Shown one piece after another: positions 39,802 through 49,181 of a stretch of DNA of 64,000 nucleotides; within the stretch, counting starts at the first letter, position 1; each line of letters starts with the position of its first letter. This DNA is from Pseudomonadota bacterium (lineage in GTDB: Bacteria > Bdellovibrionota_C > UBA2361 > OMII01): the NCBI GenBank assembly GCA_041178185.1, contig JBEGVS010000065.1, forward strand, positions 20,615-84,614. The letters are read 5' to 3'. The notes below the pieces were generated by a model that ran no database searches, was not told the DNA's origin, and was given only the letters and a program-made list of their open reading frames with translations. The translations under genes and the position numbers were made by a program.

Positions 39802-40860
39802 GTGAACCGTGCAACAAGGCCTACCATCCTCTTCCGATTCGACGCCTCGGCTGCGATCGGATTCGGCCATGCTATCCGATGCTTTGCACTCTCTGAAGAG
39901 CTCTCGGCTCGACTGTACGACCCTCACTTTCTTGTCTATCCGGATACTAAGGCCCCCCTGGAAACTCTCGGCATCCCATCCAGCCGGATTCACATGCTTG
40001 AGCCCAGCTATTCGGGGATCGGCGACGCGCGCGAGCTGGCCCGTTTCGCTCAACATCTCGACGCACAGTGGATAGTTCTTGATGGATACGAGTTCGACCT
40101 ACGCTACCAGTCGGAGCTTCGCGCAGGAACGCGCGCGAAAGTTCTCGCCCTTGACGATGGCGTCCTCGATTCCTTCGACGCCGATATCATTCTCAATCAG
40201 AACTTAGACGCGGAGCATCACTCACAATATCTGAACGCTTCCTCATCGAAGCTACTTCTCGGCAGTCGCTATCTGCTGGTGCGACAGGCGTTTCGTCACG
40301 CGAACCCTATTCAAGTAAGGAGCGAGGCGAGTAACGTATTACTTATGTTCGGCGGTGCCGACACTCACAACATCACCGCTCAGATGCTCAGTGTCCTCGC
40401 AAAAACTGGATGCCTCAACAATCGCTCAGTTCGTGTCATTCTCGGTGGCGCCTATCGACATCGCGACTCACTCGACGCCATAACCATCCCCTCCTCCTGT
40501 AACCTGGAGATCGTGCCATTCACCAATCGTATCATAGACCATTACCAGTGGAGCGACGTCGTCTTTTCGGCGGCTGGTAGCACCGCATGGGAACTAGCGC
40601 TGCAACGGCTTCCGATGGCTCTCATCACCGCGGCAGACAATCAGATTCAGGTCGCCACAGCACTTGCACGGAAACAAGCCGCGATCTATCTGGGAGACAT
40701 CCGCTCCCATCCTGTCGATGAGTTCATGGGCCGAGCCCTTGAATTGCTCAGCGATCTGCCGCTTCGCCAAGCACTCCATACACGATGCGCCGAACTGTGT
40801 GATTGCGCGGGCCCGCGGCGGGTGGTAGACGCAATGGAGGAGATTACTAAACTAGGATAA
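39802..40860 (+). CDS. pseG: UDP-2,4-diacetamido-2,4,6-trideoxy-beta-L-altropyranose hydrolase (GT28-C-like UDP-sugar hydrolase)
   Basis: ILFRFDASAAIGFGHAIRCFALSEEL matches the PseG N-terminal motif. It is adjacent to pseI. A GTG start at 39802 (or 39793) is inferred. Confidence 0.65.
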   Translation: MNRATRPTILFRFDASAAIGFGHAIRCFALSEELSARLYDPHFLVYPDTKAPLETLGIPSSRIHMLEPSYSGIGDARELARFAQHLDAQWIVLDGYEFDLRYQSELRAGTRAKVLALDDGVLDSFDADIILNQNLDAEHHSQYLNASSSKLLLGSRYLLVRQAFRHANPIQVRSEASNVLLMFGGADTHNITAQMLSVLAKTGCLNNRSVRVILGGAYRHRDSLDAITIPSSCNLEIVPFTNRIIDHYQWSDVVFSAAGSTAWELALQRLPMALITAADNQIQVATALARKQAAIYLGDIRSHPVDEFMGRALELLSDLPLRQALHTRCAELCDCAGPRRVVDAMEEITKLG

Positions 40861-40863
40861 CTC

Positions 40864-41916
40864 ATGGCTTTACTCGATATCCGAATAGGTGCTCGCTTAG
40901 TTGGACAACAACATGCTCCTTTTGTGATCGCAGAGATGTCCGGCAATCACAATCAATCGCTCGACCGAGCTCTCCAGATCGTGGACGAAGCGGCGAAGGC
41001 CGGATGCCACGCGTTAAAACTGCAGACCTACACCGCCGACACAATGACGCTGGATATGTCGGATAGCCGGTTCGTCGTTGATTTACCCCTGTGGAAAGGT
41101 CGCTCGTTATACGAACTTTACCAAGAGGCGTACACGCCGTGGGAGTGGCATGCACCGATCTTCGAACGGGCCCGGTCTCACGGCATGATACCGTTCAGCA
41201 CCCCATTTGATGCAAGCGCGGTAGATTTCCTCGAATCCCTCGGCGCTGAGGTGTACAAAATAGCCTCCTTTGAGAATACCGATATTCCGCTCCTCCAGCG
41301 AGTCGCCAAAACAGGAAAGCCCATCATCATGTCCACAGGCATGGCGTCGCTCGCAGAAATTGATGAAGCTGTTAAAGCGATTCGAGGGTGTGGAAACGAT
41401 CAGATTATCCTGCTGAAGTGCACAAGCTCTTACCCAGCCTCTCCAGAGAATAGCAATATTCTCACGATTCCCCATTTGAGAGATATGCATAACGTGATCG
41501 TGGGAATCTCAGACCATACCCTCGGTGTTGGGGTCGCCGTCGCATCGGTCGCTCTCGGCAGCCGCGTGATCGAAAAACATTTCTGCCTTTCGCGCGCTGA
41601 GGGAGGAGTCGATGCAGCATTCTCTCTTGAACCACATGAGATGCTCGCGCTAGTGCAGGAGACAGAGCGGGCATTTCTCGGTCTCGGACGAATCTGCTAC
41701 GAAGGAACTGAGTCAGAAGCGAAGAGCAAACGCTTTCGCCGCTCGATCTTCGTGGTAAAGGATGTAGAGGCAGGAGAACCGTTCACCGCACACAATGTTC
41801 GAGTTATACGCCCCAGTGATGGACTTGCTCCCAAGCATTTTGAGGATATCTTGAAGCGTACAGCCAGGGTGCCAATTAAGCGCGGAACGCCATTAAGTTG
41901 GGAGCTTGTAGAATAA
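40864..41916 (+). CDS. pseI: Pseudaminic acid synthase (NeuB family, with a C-terminal SAF domain)
   Basis: PFVIAEMSGNHNQSL, a NeuB TIM barrel, and a C-terminal SAF/antifreeze-like domain. Confidence 0.85.
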   Translation: MALLDIRIGARLVGQQHAPFVIAEMSGNHNQSLDRALQIVDEAAKAGCHALKLQTYTADTMTLDMSDSRFVVDLPLWKGRSLYELYQEAYTPWEWHAPIFERARSHGMIPFSTPFDASAVDFLESLGAEVYKIASFENTDIPLLQRVAKTGKPIIMSTGMASLAEIDEAVKAIRGCGNDQIILLKCTSSYPASPENSNILTIPHLRDMHNVIVGISDHTLGVGVAVASVALGSRVIEKHFCLSRAEGGVDAAFSLEPHEMLALVQETERAFLGLGRICYEGTESEAKSKRFRRSIFVVKDVEAGEPFTAHNVRVIRPSDGLAPKHFEDILKRTARVPIKRGTPLSWELVE

Positions 41917-41940
41917 CTGAGCAGGCAAAAATATCTGGGG

Positions 41941-42426
41941 TCACGTAAGGGAGACGCGAAGGTAATAAAAATGCTCGTCGTTTTCAGCCTGAGTAAACCC
42001 GACCCTTTGAAAGCATCGTAAACTCGCTTTATTTTCATGGCGAATCTGTGCTTCCAAAGCAAACCCTGCATCGGGCCCTTTGACGCGATCCTTCAGTGAG
42101 GCTATCGCTGCCTCGAGGAGCTTTGAAGACAATCCCATCCGCCTCATCGCTGGATTGATATTGATACTTACATTGATCTTCCTGCGAGACCGATCAATAT
42201 CGAAGCGCACGACGCCCACCAACGCGTGATCGCCTAAGGATCCCATCAGCAGCACACGATCGTCACGCTCAAGCGTTTCTCGCAACCATGTTACATGCTC
42301 TTCTGGGGAAACCTGGTCTTGGCTCACGAACATGCTTCGAGCCTCTGGGTCGTTGCGCCAGGCGAGTAAGATCTCCGCATCCTCAATACGTGCATCTCGA
42401 ATCGAAATTTCCTGGCGCTGCGACAT
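41941..42426 (-). CDS. pseH: GNAT N-acetyltransferase; UDP-4-amino-4,6-dideoxy-N-acetyl-beta-L-altrosamine N-acetyltransferase
   Basis: A 161-aa GNAT (IRDARIEDAEILLAWRND...). It sits inside the pse locus. Confidence 0.65.
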   Translation of the reverse strand: MSQRQEISIRDARIEDAEILLAWRNDPEARSMFVSQDQVSPEEHVTWLRETLERDDRVLLMGSLGDHALVGVVRFDIDRSRRKINVSININPAMRRMGLSSKLLEAAIASLKDRVKGPDAGFALEAQIRHENKASLRCFQRVGFTQAENDEHFYYLRVSLT

Positions 42427-43103
42427 TATGAGGATCTCTTCCGTATCACTACCCGAGCCTCTACTTCATCACCAACAAGAGACGCTCCATCAAACTCAAG
42501 TGTAAAATCGCCGTGAGAGAGAAACGCCTTCGGATACCCCTCAGCATCGAGCATCCGGATATGATCATATATTTTCGAGATAGCGCACTCGGATGGAAGC
42601 GCGCTTTGATCTGGCGTTCGGCGCTTGAAAACAGTTGGCTCTCCCACCTGAGGGACAGGCGTGGGAGCGGTCTCAATAATTTCGGGTATCATATCTTGTA
42701 TCAGGAGCGCTACACGTTTGAAGATCTCATCAGCAGAGCCCGAAAGAGAGAGATCTCGCTGCATGTACACAGGGCCGGCATCAAGCTGCGTAGTCATTCG
42801 TAAGGCAGAGACCTTTGAGGTAGCATGTCCGCGCTCAATCATGTTCTGAATAGGGCTCCCGCCCCTACCGTACGGAAGAGGTGTCGAATGAAAGCACACA
42901 CACTCGTACTTTTGTATAACATCCGGCGGGACGATCCAGCTCCAGTGAGGAAAGAACACGTAGCGTGGGCGAATCTCATTGAGATATTCGATGCTAAGGT
43001 CCTCTTTTCGATCGACATACACGAAGGAATGCTTCCGAAACGCGGCACCCTTCTCAGCCCCCGCGAACCAAGGTGTCGAGCAAGCGATAACGTGAACGGT
43101 CAT
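42426..43103 (-). CDS. Formyltransferase-domain protein (Fmt-like N-terminal domain), predicted sugar N-formyltransferase
   Basis: The Formyl_trans_N core motif HWSWIVP and flanking residues are present. The gene overlaps both neighbours, which indicates an operon. Confidence 0.6.
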   Translation of the reverse strand: MTVHVIACSTPWFAGAEKGAAFRKHSFVYVDRKEDLSIEYLNEIRPRYVFFPHWSWIVPPDVIQKYECVCFHSTPLPYGRGGSPIQNMIERGHATSKVSALRMTTQLDAGPVYMQRDLSLSGSADEIFKRVALLIQDMIPEIIETAPTPVPQVGEPTVFKRRTPDQSALPSECAISKIYDHIRMLDAEGYPKAFLSHGDFTLEFDGASLVGDEVEARVVIRKRSS

Positions 43104-43855
43104 AGCTCCACCTTTCTCAGCAGGTGAAATGCTTCGGCCATAGGAAGGCCCACAGCGGTTCCACGTGTTCTTGCCAACGCCTCAAGTGCCTCAAAGGAGC
43201 GCGTATGGGGATACGGTCTCATTTCGGCTTCGTATGCCTTTAATGCTTTGAGCTTTCTCTCCCACGTCTTGTCGATAGAAACTGAGATAGTGGGAGTAAA
43301 AGGCGTCGGAGAGATGGCCGAACCATAATCTGTAGATGATGGAACTTCGCAGGCCCGAATTTCAATGCATGACTCCCCGGGCTGAGGTCGAAAAGCGGTA
43401 AGAACCGCCTGGCACACCAACCGATGGTCCACGTTAAGATCGTACGGGAAATGGGTATAGACGAGGGTTGGCTTCAAACGGAACCTTGCTCTTTCAACCT
43501 CTCGAATGATCTCAAGGAGAGGCACTCCATCGAGTCCGTTGTCGGGAAGCTCTCCGGTATGAAACCATCGGAATCCAAGGATCGAAGCAGCCTGTTCGGC
43601 CGCACGCTGTCGCTCACGTATTTGCTTTCGAGAGGCTTTTTGTCTGCCCCGAGAGCTGACTCCATCCGTCAAGGATATCGCGAAAACATCGCGCCCATCG
43701 TCTACGTGTCGCGCTATGGTCCCTCCCGCCCCTAGCGTCTCATCATCAGGGTGCGCTACGACCACTAAGACCGGTCCGGAATCGAATCGAGAGTTTGATC
43801 TGGTGCGCTTTGACATAGTGGCGACTCTCTTCTCGTAGCGGATAGTTTCAGGCAC
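43100..43855 (-). CDS. PIG-L/LmbE-family N-acetyl-sugar deacetylase
   Basis: The LmbE signature VLVVVAHPDDETLGAGG is present. Confidence 0.75.
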   Translation of the reverse strand: MPETIRYEKRVATMSKRTRSNSRFDSGPVLVVVAHPDDETLGAGGTIARHVDDGRDVFAISLTDGVSSRGRQKASRKQIRERQRAAEQAASILGFRWFHTGELPDNGLDGVPLLEIIREVERARFRLKPTLVYTHFPYDLNVDHRLVCQAVLTAFRPQPGESCIEIRACEVPSSTDYGSAISPTPFTPTISVSIDKTWERKLKALKAYEAEMRPYPHTRSFEALEALARTRGTAVGLPMAEAFHLLRKVEL

Positions 43856-44212
43856 GCTCGGTAAGACTAAAGAACCATCGCTCTACGAGCGTAGCGTAGA
43901 TTAAGCAAGAGAAGAAGATGGCACCGCAAGGCACAGCATCCCCGCCGCGCATCTCCCGTTTGAGAGTAGAGACTACCCGTGCCTTTCCTGGCCGTCCCTT
44001 CTCTCCAAGAGCCTGCTCTTTAATAGAGCATGCCTCCTCGAATTATAAGATGCTTAGGAGCTCCCTATCGGAGGGAAAAGAACACCGGATCCTTTTTAGT
44101 CAGGCTGCTTTCAGCCGGTGGTAGGGCGCCGCGATTGAGATCTCCGTTCAAAGGAATCCGCTCCCTACGACCAGGGCATGGCTAGCATATGCAGGACACG
44201 CCCCCACGGGGA

Positions 44213-46435
44213 TTATGTCGGCAGCAAAGCCCCATGAGCCAGCGAATGTATAAACCCATCACCACAAAGCCACTCGAGCATCGGCTTTAAAGCCTCGGGA
44301 GACGTTATCGGGGCCTGGCCCATACTACGAAGGAAGGCGAGTCCATGTTCCTTTCTCACAAGTGCCAAAGAGAGAAGTCTATAGGGCTCCTCTATCAATG
44401 GTGGGCAGAGTTCAACCAACTGACTGAGAGATACCCGAGGAGTTCTTTTCGAAAATATTTGATCGACCACGCGCCCCGACCCTTGACGAATCCAGGCTCC
44501 GCACAGGATACCGAACTTATCCTTTCCCTCCTCGCTCAGTAAGGTGTCGACCGAGTGGCTAAAAAATGACTCATCGTACTCAACTACGGAACTCGATATC
44601 GCCATGAATGGTGCGCTCGTTGTTTCTATGAGTGCAGCCAGTTCATTATAGGTACATCCAGCCACAAGATTCACCGGCACCACTTGAACATGAGCATGGC
44701 GGGAGCGCTCTAAACCACCGGGGCGTTGCCCATCCGATCCAAGCGCCAGCACGACGATCTCCTCCGCATGGGTCAAGCTCTTTTGCCGAATCGACTCCTC
44801 TTTGACACGAGCCCGTAATCTTCGAATGTCCCCCAAGGACTGCTCTAGGAAGGCATCTTCGTCCTTGGTTGAGGCATTGAGCTGACTTTCTGTTGGTTGC
44901 GGCAAAAGCGGAGTATTACGCATAACATGGCTGCACACACGGTCGAGCGCCTCATCTCCGCCCTCCGCCAGCATACTGAAATGCTCAATGCGAAGGTCCG
45001 ATTGGTAGGTGTTTTTTATCCCGAAGGTTTTAAAATGATTGGATAGCTTCGAGATCAACATCCGTTGGAAGCGATAGAGCTTACGCATATCATCGATTCG
45101 AAGATTTTGGGTCGCATCCATCAAGCCGTCAATGAGCCCATGTAGGTAGCGTTTACCATCATCCTCAATGGTTGCGGTTAGCGCGTCCTTGTATGCTGAC
45201 TCACTAAAGCTTGCCGTCGCCACCCCACGGGCGACAGCTTCAACTCCCGCAGTACTGAGAAATGCAATGGCAGCATCGATATTATGAATCAAAGCATAGG
45301 TGTTTATCCGTTCTCCCGGCATGATAAAGCGAACATTTGGCGGCGCCTGCCTCGCAAGCTGGTAAGCTCTCTCGATAAATCCGTGGTCTGCCGTAGCCTG
45401 CGCAGACGAGGCGTTCCCGCCAATATACGGGTGGTGTCGAACGACCAGGTAGTCGTCGGGTCGCTCACGAAATACCACCATCAAACGCTCGATAAAATCT
45501 AACTGTTCCGTGAATGAATCATAATCGGGACACAACTTAAATTCGTACTCGCTCGAGGTAAAAACACCTACAATGCGAGCCTGCGCGGGGATTCTCAAAA
45601 GACCTCGGACCGAACTGTACTCGGTAGCAAAATCTATAAATGGCTCAAAATTACTATCCGTCCCCTGCTCCCTGTTAGAGAAGTAGGTCTTTACTCGCAT
45701 AAGCTCATCCCGACTGAGCGGGACGTCCTTCCACCGTTCATATCCATCAAATACAGGACGTGTTTGTATCGAACCGTAATTAGAGAACACGGTGAACGAA
45801 TCATCAGCATGGCCCCGCTCATGCGTTATGACCTCAACACCACGCTCTCGGGCGGCTTCAAACGCTACTCGATACGGAGCGTACCGGGCGTTAAAACAGA
45901 ACATGTGAGAGGGCTTCACTTGCTCAATAATTCGTGAAACCGAAATATACGTTAAAAGACCTGTCACCAACATAGCGCGGTGTGTTTCGGCAGTTTTGGC
46001 TCGTATCTCTTTGTCTAAAAACGCGCGAGGAGTCGTGCGATAGTAGCTGAGCAAGGAGGAAGCACACCACTTGCCTATGGGAACTCCCAGAAAATCCGCG
46101 GTGAAATACTCGGTGGGAGTAAGATTATTAATCCACTCTTCCACGCGGACGCGATCGCTCTCGAGCACGGCAGCGCTGAGTTGTAGTGTTGGAAGTCGAA
46201 ACGCCGCGAAAAATGAATCACCGCAATTTTGGCAGTTAGCACAAACGCTGGGGACATCTGAGACCATCCCAAACTGATCACATCCCGGGAAGAATCCATC
46301 GCAGCGAATGACAAATACCTCAGCACCCCGAAGGCGCAGCGCAGAGGCTACCACAGCATCAAGCTGATGATGCACGGTGTATGACCCAAAGGGGGCAAAA
46401 AAAAGAACTCTCCGAGCGGTAGCTGCTTCAGTCAT
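44213..46435 (-). CDS. KpsS/KpsC/LpsZ-family (Capsule_synth) 740-aa protein carrying a Cys-rich N-terminal domain and a unique C-terminal domain. It is the candidate CMP-pseudaminic acid glycosyltransferase.
   Basis: The central segment VVRHHPY...NTYALIHNIDAAIAFLSTAGVEAVARGV fits the Capsule_synth core. The stop overlaps the pseF start in an ATGA arrangement. Confidence 0.5.
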   Translation of the reverse strand: MTEAATARRVLFFAPFGSYTVHHQLDAVVASALRLRGAEVFVIRCDGFFPGCDQFGMVSDVPSVCANCQNCGDSFFAAFRLPTLQLSAAVLESDRVRVEEWINNLTPTEYFTADFLGVPIGKWCASSLLSYYRTTPRAFLDKEIRAKTAETHRAMLVTGLLTYISVSRIIEQVKPSHMFCFNARYAPYRVAFEAARERGVEVITHERGHADDSFTVFSNYGSIQTRPVFDGYERWKDVPLSRDELMRVKTYFSNREQGTDSNFEPFIDFATEYSSVRGLLRIPAQARIVGVFTSSEYEFKLCPDYDSFTEQLDFIERLMVVFRERPDDYLVVRHHPYIGGNASSAQATADHGFIERAYQLARQAPPNVRFIMPGERINTYALIHNIDAAIAFLSTAGVEAVARGVATASFSESAYKDALTATIEDDGKRYLHGLIDGLMDATQNLRIDDMRKLYRFQRMLISKLSNHFKTFGIKNTYQSDLRIEHFSMLAEGGDEALDRVCSHVMRNTPLLPQPTESQLNASTKDEDAFLEQSLGDIRRLRARVKEESIRQKSLTHAEEIVVLALGSDGQRPGGLERSRHAHVQVVPVNLVAGCTYNELAALIETTSAPFMAISSSVVEYDESFFSHSVDTLLSEEGKDKFGILCGAWIRQGSGRVVDQIFSKRTPRVSLSQLVELCPPLIEEPYRLLSLALVRKEHGLAFLRSMGQAPITSPEALKPMLEWLCGDGFIHSLAHGALLPT

Positions 46436-47199
46436 GATTGCGTACCATCCTCCGCAAGACTCTTTAGCAAACCCTCATTGCGTCTAATGTGCGAATTGTG
46501 GGCCAACGATTCAGGGAGGCTCTTGACGGCGTCCAGCGTGACGCTCAATGAAACAGGCGAGAGGCCTACGGGCAAGGCATTCACGATCTGAGAAAGCCAT
46601 GTATAGTCCGCGGGCTCGTCGAGGGTCCACCGCAAGTGCGCGAGAGGAATCGGAGACTCTATCCCGGCACGTGGGAACCTTTCCGGATGCTTTCTGATGA
46701 ACTGAGTGACATGCTCACGTTCCGAAGGAAGAGTCGCCTCCCTCCACGAGCATTCGAGAGCCTCGAAGGAAAACACTTCGACGTCAAGACCATCAGGAAA
46801 TGTTGGGGGCTCGACGTTGCTGGCGTACATCACCTTCTCCTTCATGAATCGGGCGATCACCAGATCAATGATACTGGGATCGATCAAGGGACAATCAGCG
46901 GTGATGCGCACGATAGTGCGTGCCCCAACAGACCGAGCGCACTGATAGAATCTGTCGAGTACATCTCTCTCTGAGCCACGAAAAACAGCCACCTCTCTCT
47001 GCTCAAGATGCTCCACAAGGAGGTCATCGGATGAATGGGTAGTGGTCGCGACAACTACGCAAGAGATATGTTTGCTGTGCCGCACCTGATCCACCACATG
47101 ATCTATGACGCGTTGCCCTCGGAGGGGGAGAAGAACTTTCCCCGGGAGTCTCGACGAACCCATTCTTGCTTGAATAATTGCTACAGTATCGGTCGTCAT
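46432..47199 (-). CDS. pseF: CMP-pseudaminic acid synthetase (acylneuraminate cytidylyltransferase family)
   Basis: AIIQARMGSSRLPGKVL N-terminus, CTP_transf_3 fold. Confidence 0.8.
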   Translation of the reverse strand: MTTDTVAIIQARMGSSRLPGKVLLPLRGQRVIDHVVDQVRHSKHISCVVVATTTHSSDDLLVEHLEQREVAVFRGSERDVLDRFYQCARSVGARTIVRITADCPLIDPSIIDLVIARFMKEKVMYASNVEPPTFPDGLDVEVFSFEALECSWREATLPSEREHVTQFIRKHPERFPRAGIESPIPLAHLRWTLDEPADYTWLSQIVNALPVGLSPVSLSVTLDAVKSLPESLAHNSHIRRNEGLLKSLAEDGTQS

Positions 47200-47211
47200 A
47201 GTCTGAAATTC

Positions 47212-47931
47212 CTATAGGGTGATGGGAGTCTCTCCGGTATTCGTTAATTCTTTGTAGAGAACGCTGACCGCAATACGTTCATCTGGATCGCTGTCGAAGT
47301 AAGGCTGGCGATGTGAGAAACTATACTTGTGCATAAGGTGATAGAAGCCGGGATGTGCGAGGACCGCAGCATAGTCGCGTTTATAGGAGAACACCCCAGC
47401 GTAATGATGATAGGGACGCGAGTGAGGGACCGCGGGATCGAAGTCCGTAATCGCAAGGAACCCGCCCGGTCGTAACACCCGATGCGCCTCTTGAAGCGAA
47501 TGACACAACGTGTCCCGATCAACGAGGTAGAGGCAGAAACCAAAGTGCACCAGGTCAAACGAGCTATCCGAGTAAGGCAATCGATCCGCGAGGCCCACCG
47601 ATAAGGAAAGCGAACTACCCTGCAAACGCTCGTTGCCGCTCCGAACAGCTGTATCAGAGGGATCAATTCCAGCTCCTGTAGCGTCAAAGAAGCCACACAG
47701 CTGTTCAAGCTTACGACCATCACTACAGCCTATCTCAAGGATTGATCGTATCGAGTCCCGATGAGGGTGTAGTACGCGGGTGATCTCTATCACCTCCGAC
47801 GAGACCTTCCCGTCAAGGGAGTGGTCGACGCGATTCCGTTCGAACCAGCTGTTCGCCTCTCCCTCAAGGAATATACGACTCTGAGAGAGGCGGCTCTTTT
47901 CTCCAACGTCAGGGGGTGACTTTTCGCCCAT
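47212..47931 (-). CDS. Class I SAM-dependent methyltransferase (pseudaminic-acid-biosynthesis-associated methylase type)
   Basis: SAM motif LEIGCSDG, and DLVHFGFCLY. Position within the pse operon supports the call. Confidence 0.6.
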   Translation of the reverse strand: MGEKSPPDVGEKSRLSQSRIFLEGEANSWFERNRVDHSLDGKVSSEVIEITRVLHPHRDSIRSILEIGCSDGRKLEQLCGFFDATGAGIDPSDTAVRSGNERLQGSSLSLSVGLADRLPYSDSSFDLVHFGFCLYLVDRDTLCHSLQEAHRVLRPGGFLAITDFDPAVPHSRPYHHYAGVFSYKRDYAAVLAHPGFYHLMHKYSFSHRQPYFDSDPDERIAVSVLYKELTNTGETPITL

Positions 47932-48122
47932 ACAGTGCCTGTCAAAAAGAGGGTCTTCGTGTGCCGTACCTGGGGTCAGATCCCTGCCCGTTTTAGATGC
48001 GCCCCGTTCTGCTGAAGGTGCTACCCGGGCGACGTGGCGCTAGAAAAGACGGTACCTCCCAGCTGCTTGCCTCATCTTATAGAGACGGCCAGGCCCATAC
48101 GTGAAAGGCCCTAGGAGCAACT

Positions 48123-49181
48123 ATGCTAGATAACTCAACTATTTTAATCACTGGTGGGACCGGCTCGTTCGGCAAAACGTTTGTTCGAACCACTCTCGAA
48201 AACTACAAACCACGTAGGTTAATCATCTTTTCGCGCGACGAGATGAAGCAGGAGGATATGCAGCGGGAGTTCGGGAACCACCCCGCTCTCCGGTTCTTTC
48301 TCGGTGATGTTCGGGATAAAGATAGACTCCAGCGTGCTTGCCAGGGAGTCGACTACCTCGTGCACGCAGCTGCTCTCAAGATCGTGCCGACAGCGGAGTA
48401 TAACCCCTTCGAGTGCATCAAAACCAACGTAATCGGGGCGATGAATATCATCGATTGCGCAATTGATACCGGCGTAAAGCGCGTTGTGGCTCTCAGCACA
48501 GATAAAGCATGCAATCCGGTTAACCTCTACGGAGCTACAAAGCTATGCTCGGATAAGCTGTTTATCGCCGGAGGAGCCTATGTCGGCGACAGCTCCACCA
48601 GATTCTCGGTGGTGAGATATGGTAACGTCATGGGTAGCCGAGGATCGGTCATCCCCCTCTTCCAAAAGCTCGCCGCCGAGCACAAGGAGATCCCCATCAC
48701 ACACCCAGATATGACCCGCTTTATGATCTCGCTCGATCAAGGGGTCGAACTCGTATATACAGCGTTGCGCGAGGCAGTCGGGGGAGAGATCTTTGTCAAA
48801 AAGATCCCCTCCATGCGTGTGGTTGATATAGCCCAAGCTATTGCTCCGGATAGCCCGATCAAGATAGTCGGTACGCGTCCTGGAGAGAAGCTACACGAGC
48901 AAATGATCTCGCCAGAGGATGCTTCAAACACCTATGAATACGACGAGTACTTCAAGATCATGCCGGGGTGGGCGATCACACAAGGGCATAAGACTCTCGA
49001 AATTGAATGTGAATCATCGGCTCCTAAACCGTGTCGCCGAGTGGCGGAGGGGTTCTCCTACTCAAGCAATCTGAACGATTGGTGGTTGTCTGCCGAAGAT
49101 CTGCGTCACGCCTTGAAAGGAAAGGAGACCGAGCGGCTCGGCCAAGATGCGAGAATACCCAGCGATGTCGTGCTTACATAA
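48123..49181 (+). CDS. pseB: UDP-N-acetylglucosamine 4,6-dehydratase (inverting), PseB/FlaA1/CapD family
   Basis: ILITGGTGSFG, the catalytic motif STDKACNPVNLYGATK, and full-length PseB similarity. Confidence 0.88.
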   Translation: MLDNSTILITGGTGSFGKTFVRTTLENYKPRRLIIFSRDEMKQEDMQREFGNHPALRFFLGDVRDKDRLQRACQGVDYLVHAAALKIVPTAEYNPFECIKTNVIGAMNIIDCAIDTGVKRVVALSTDKACNPVNLYGATKLCSDKLFIAGGAYVGDSSTRFSVVRYGNVMGSRGSVIPLFQKLAAEHKEIPITHPDMTRFMISLDQGVELVYTALREAVGGEIFVKKIPSMRVVDIAQAIAPDSPIKIVGTRPGEKLHEQMISPEDASNTYEYDEYFKIMPGWAITQGHKTLEIECESSAPKPCRRVAEGFSYSSNLNDWWLSAEDLRHALKGKETERLGQDARIPSDVVLT

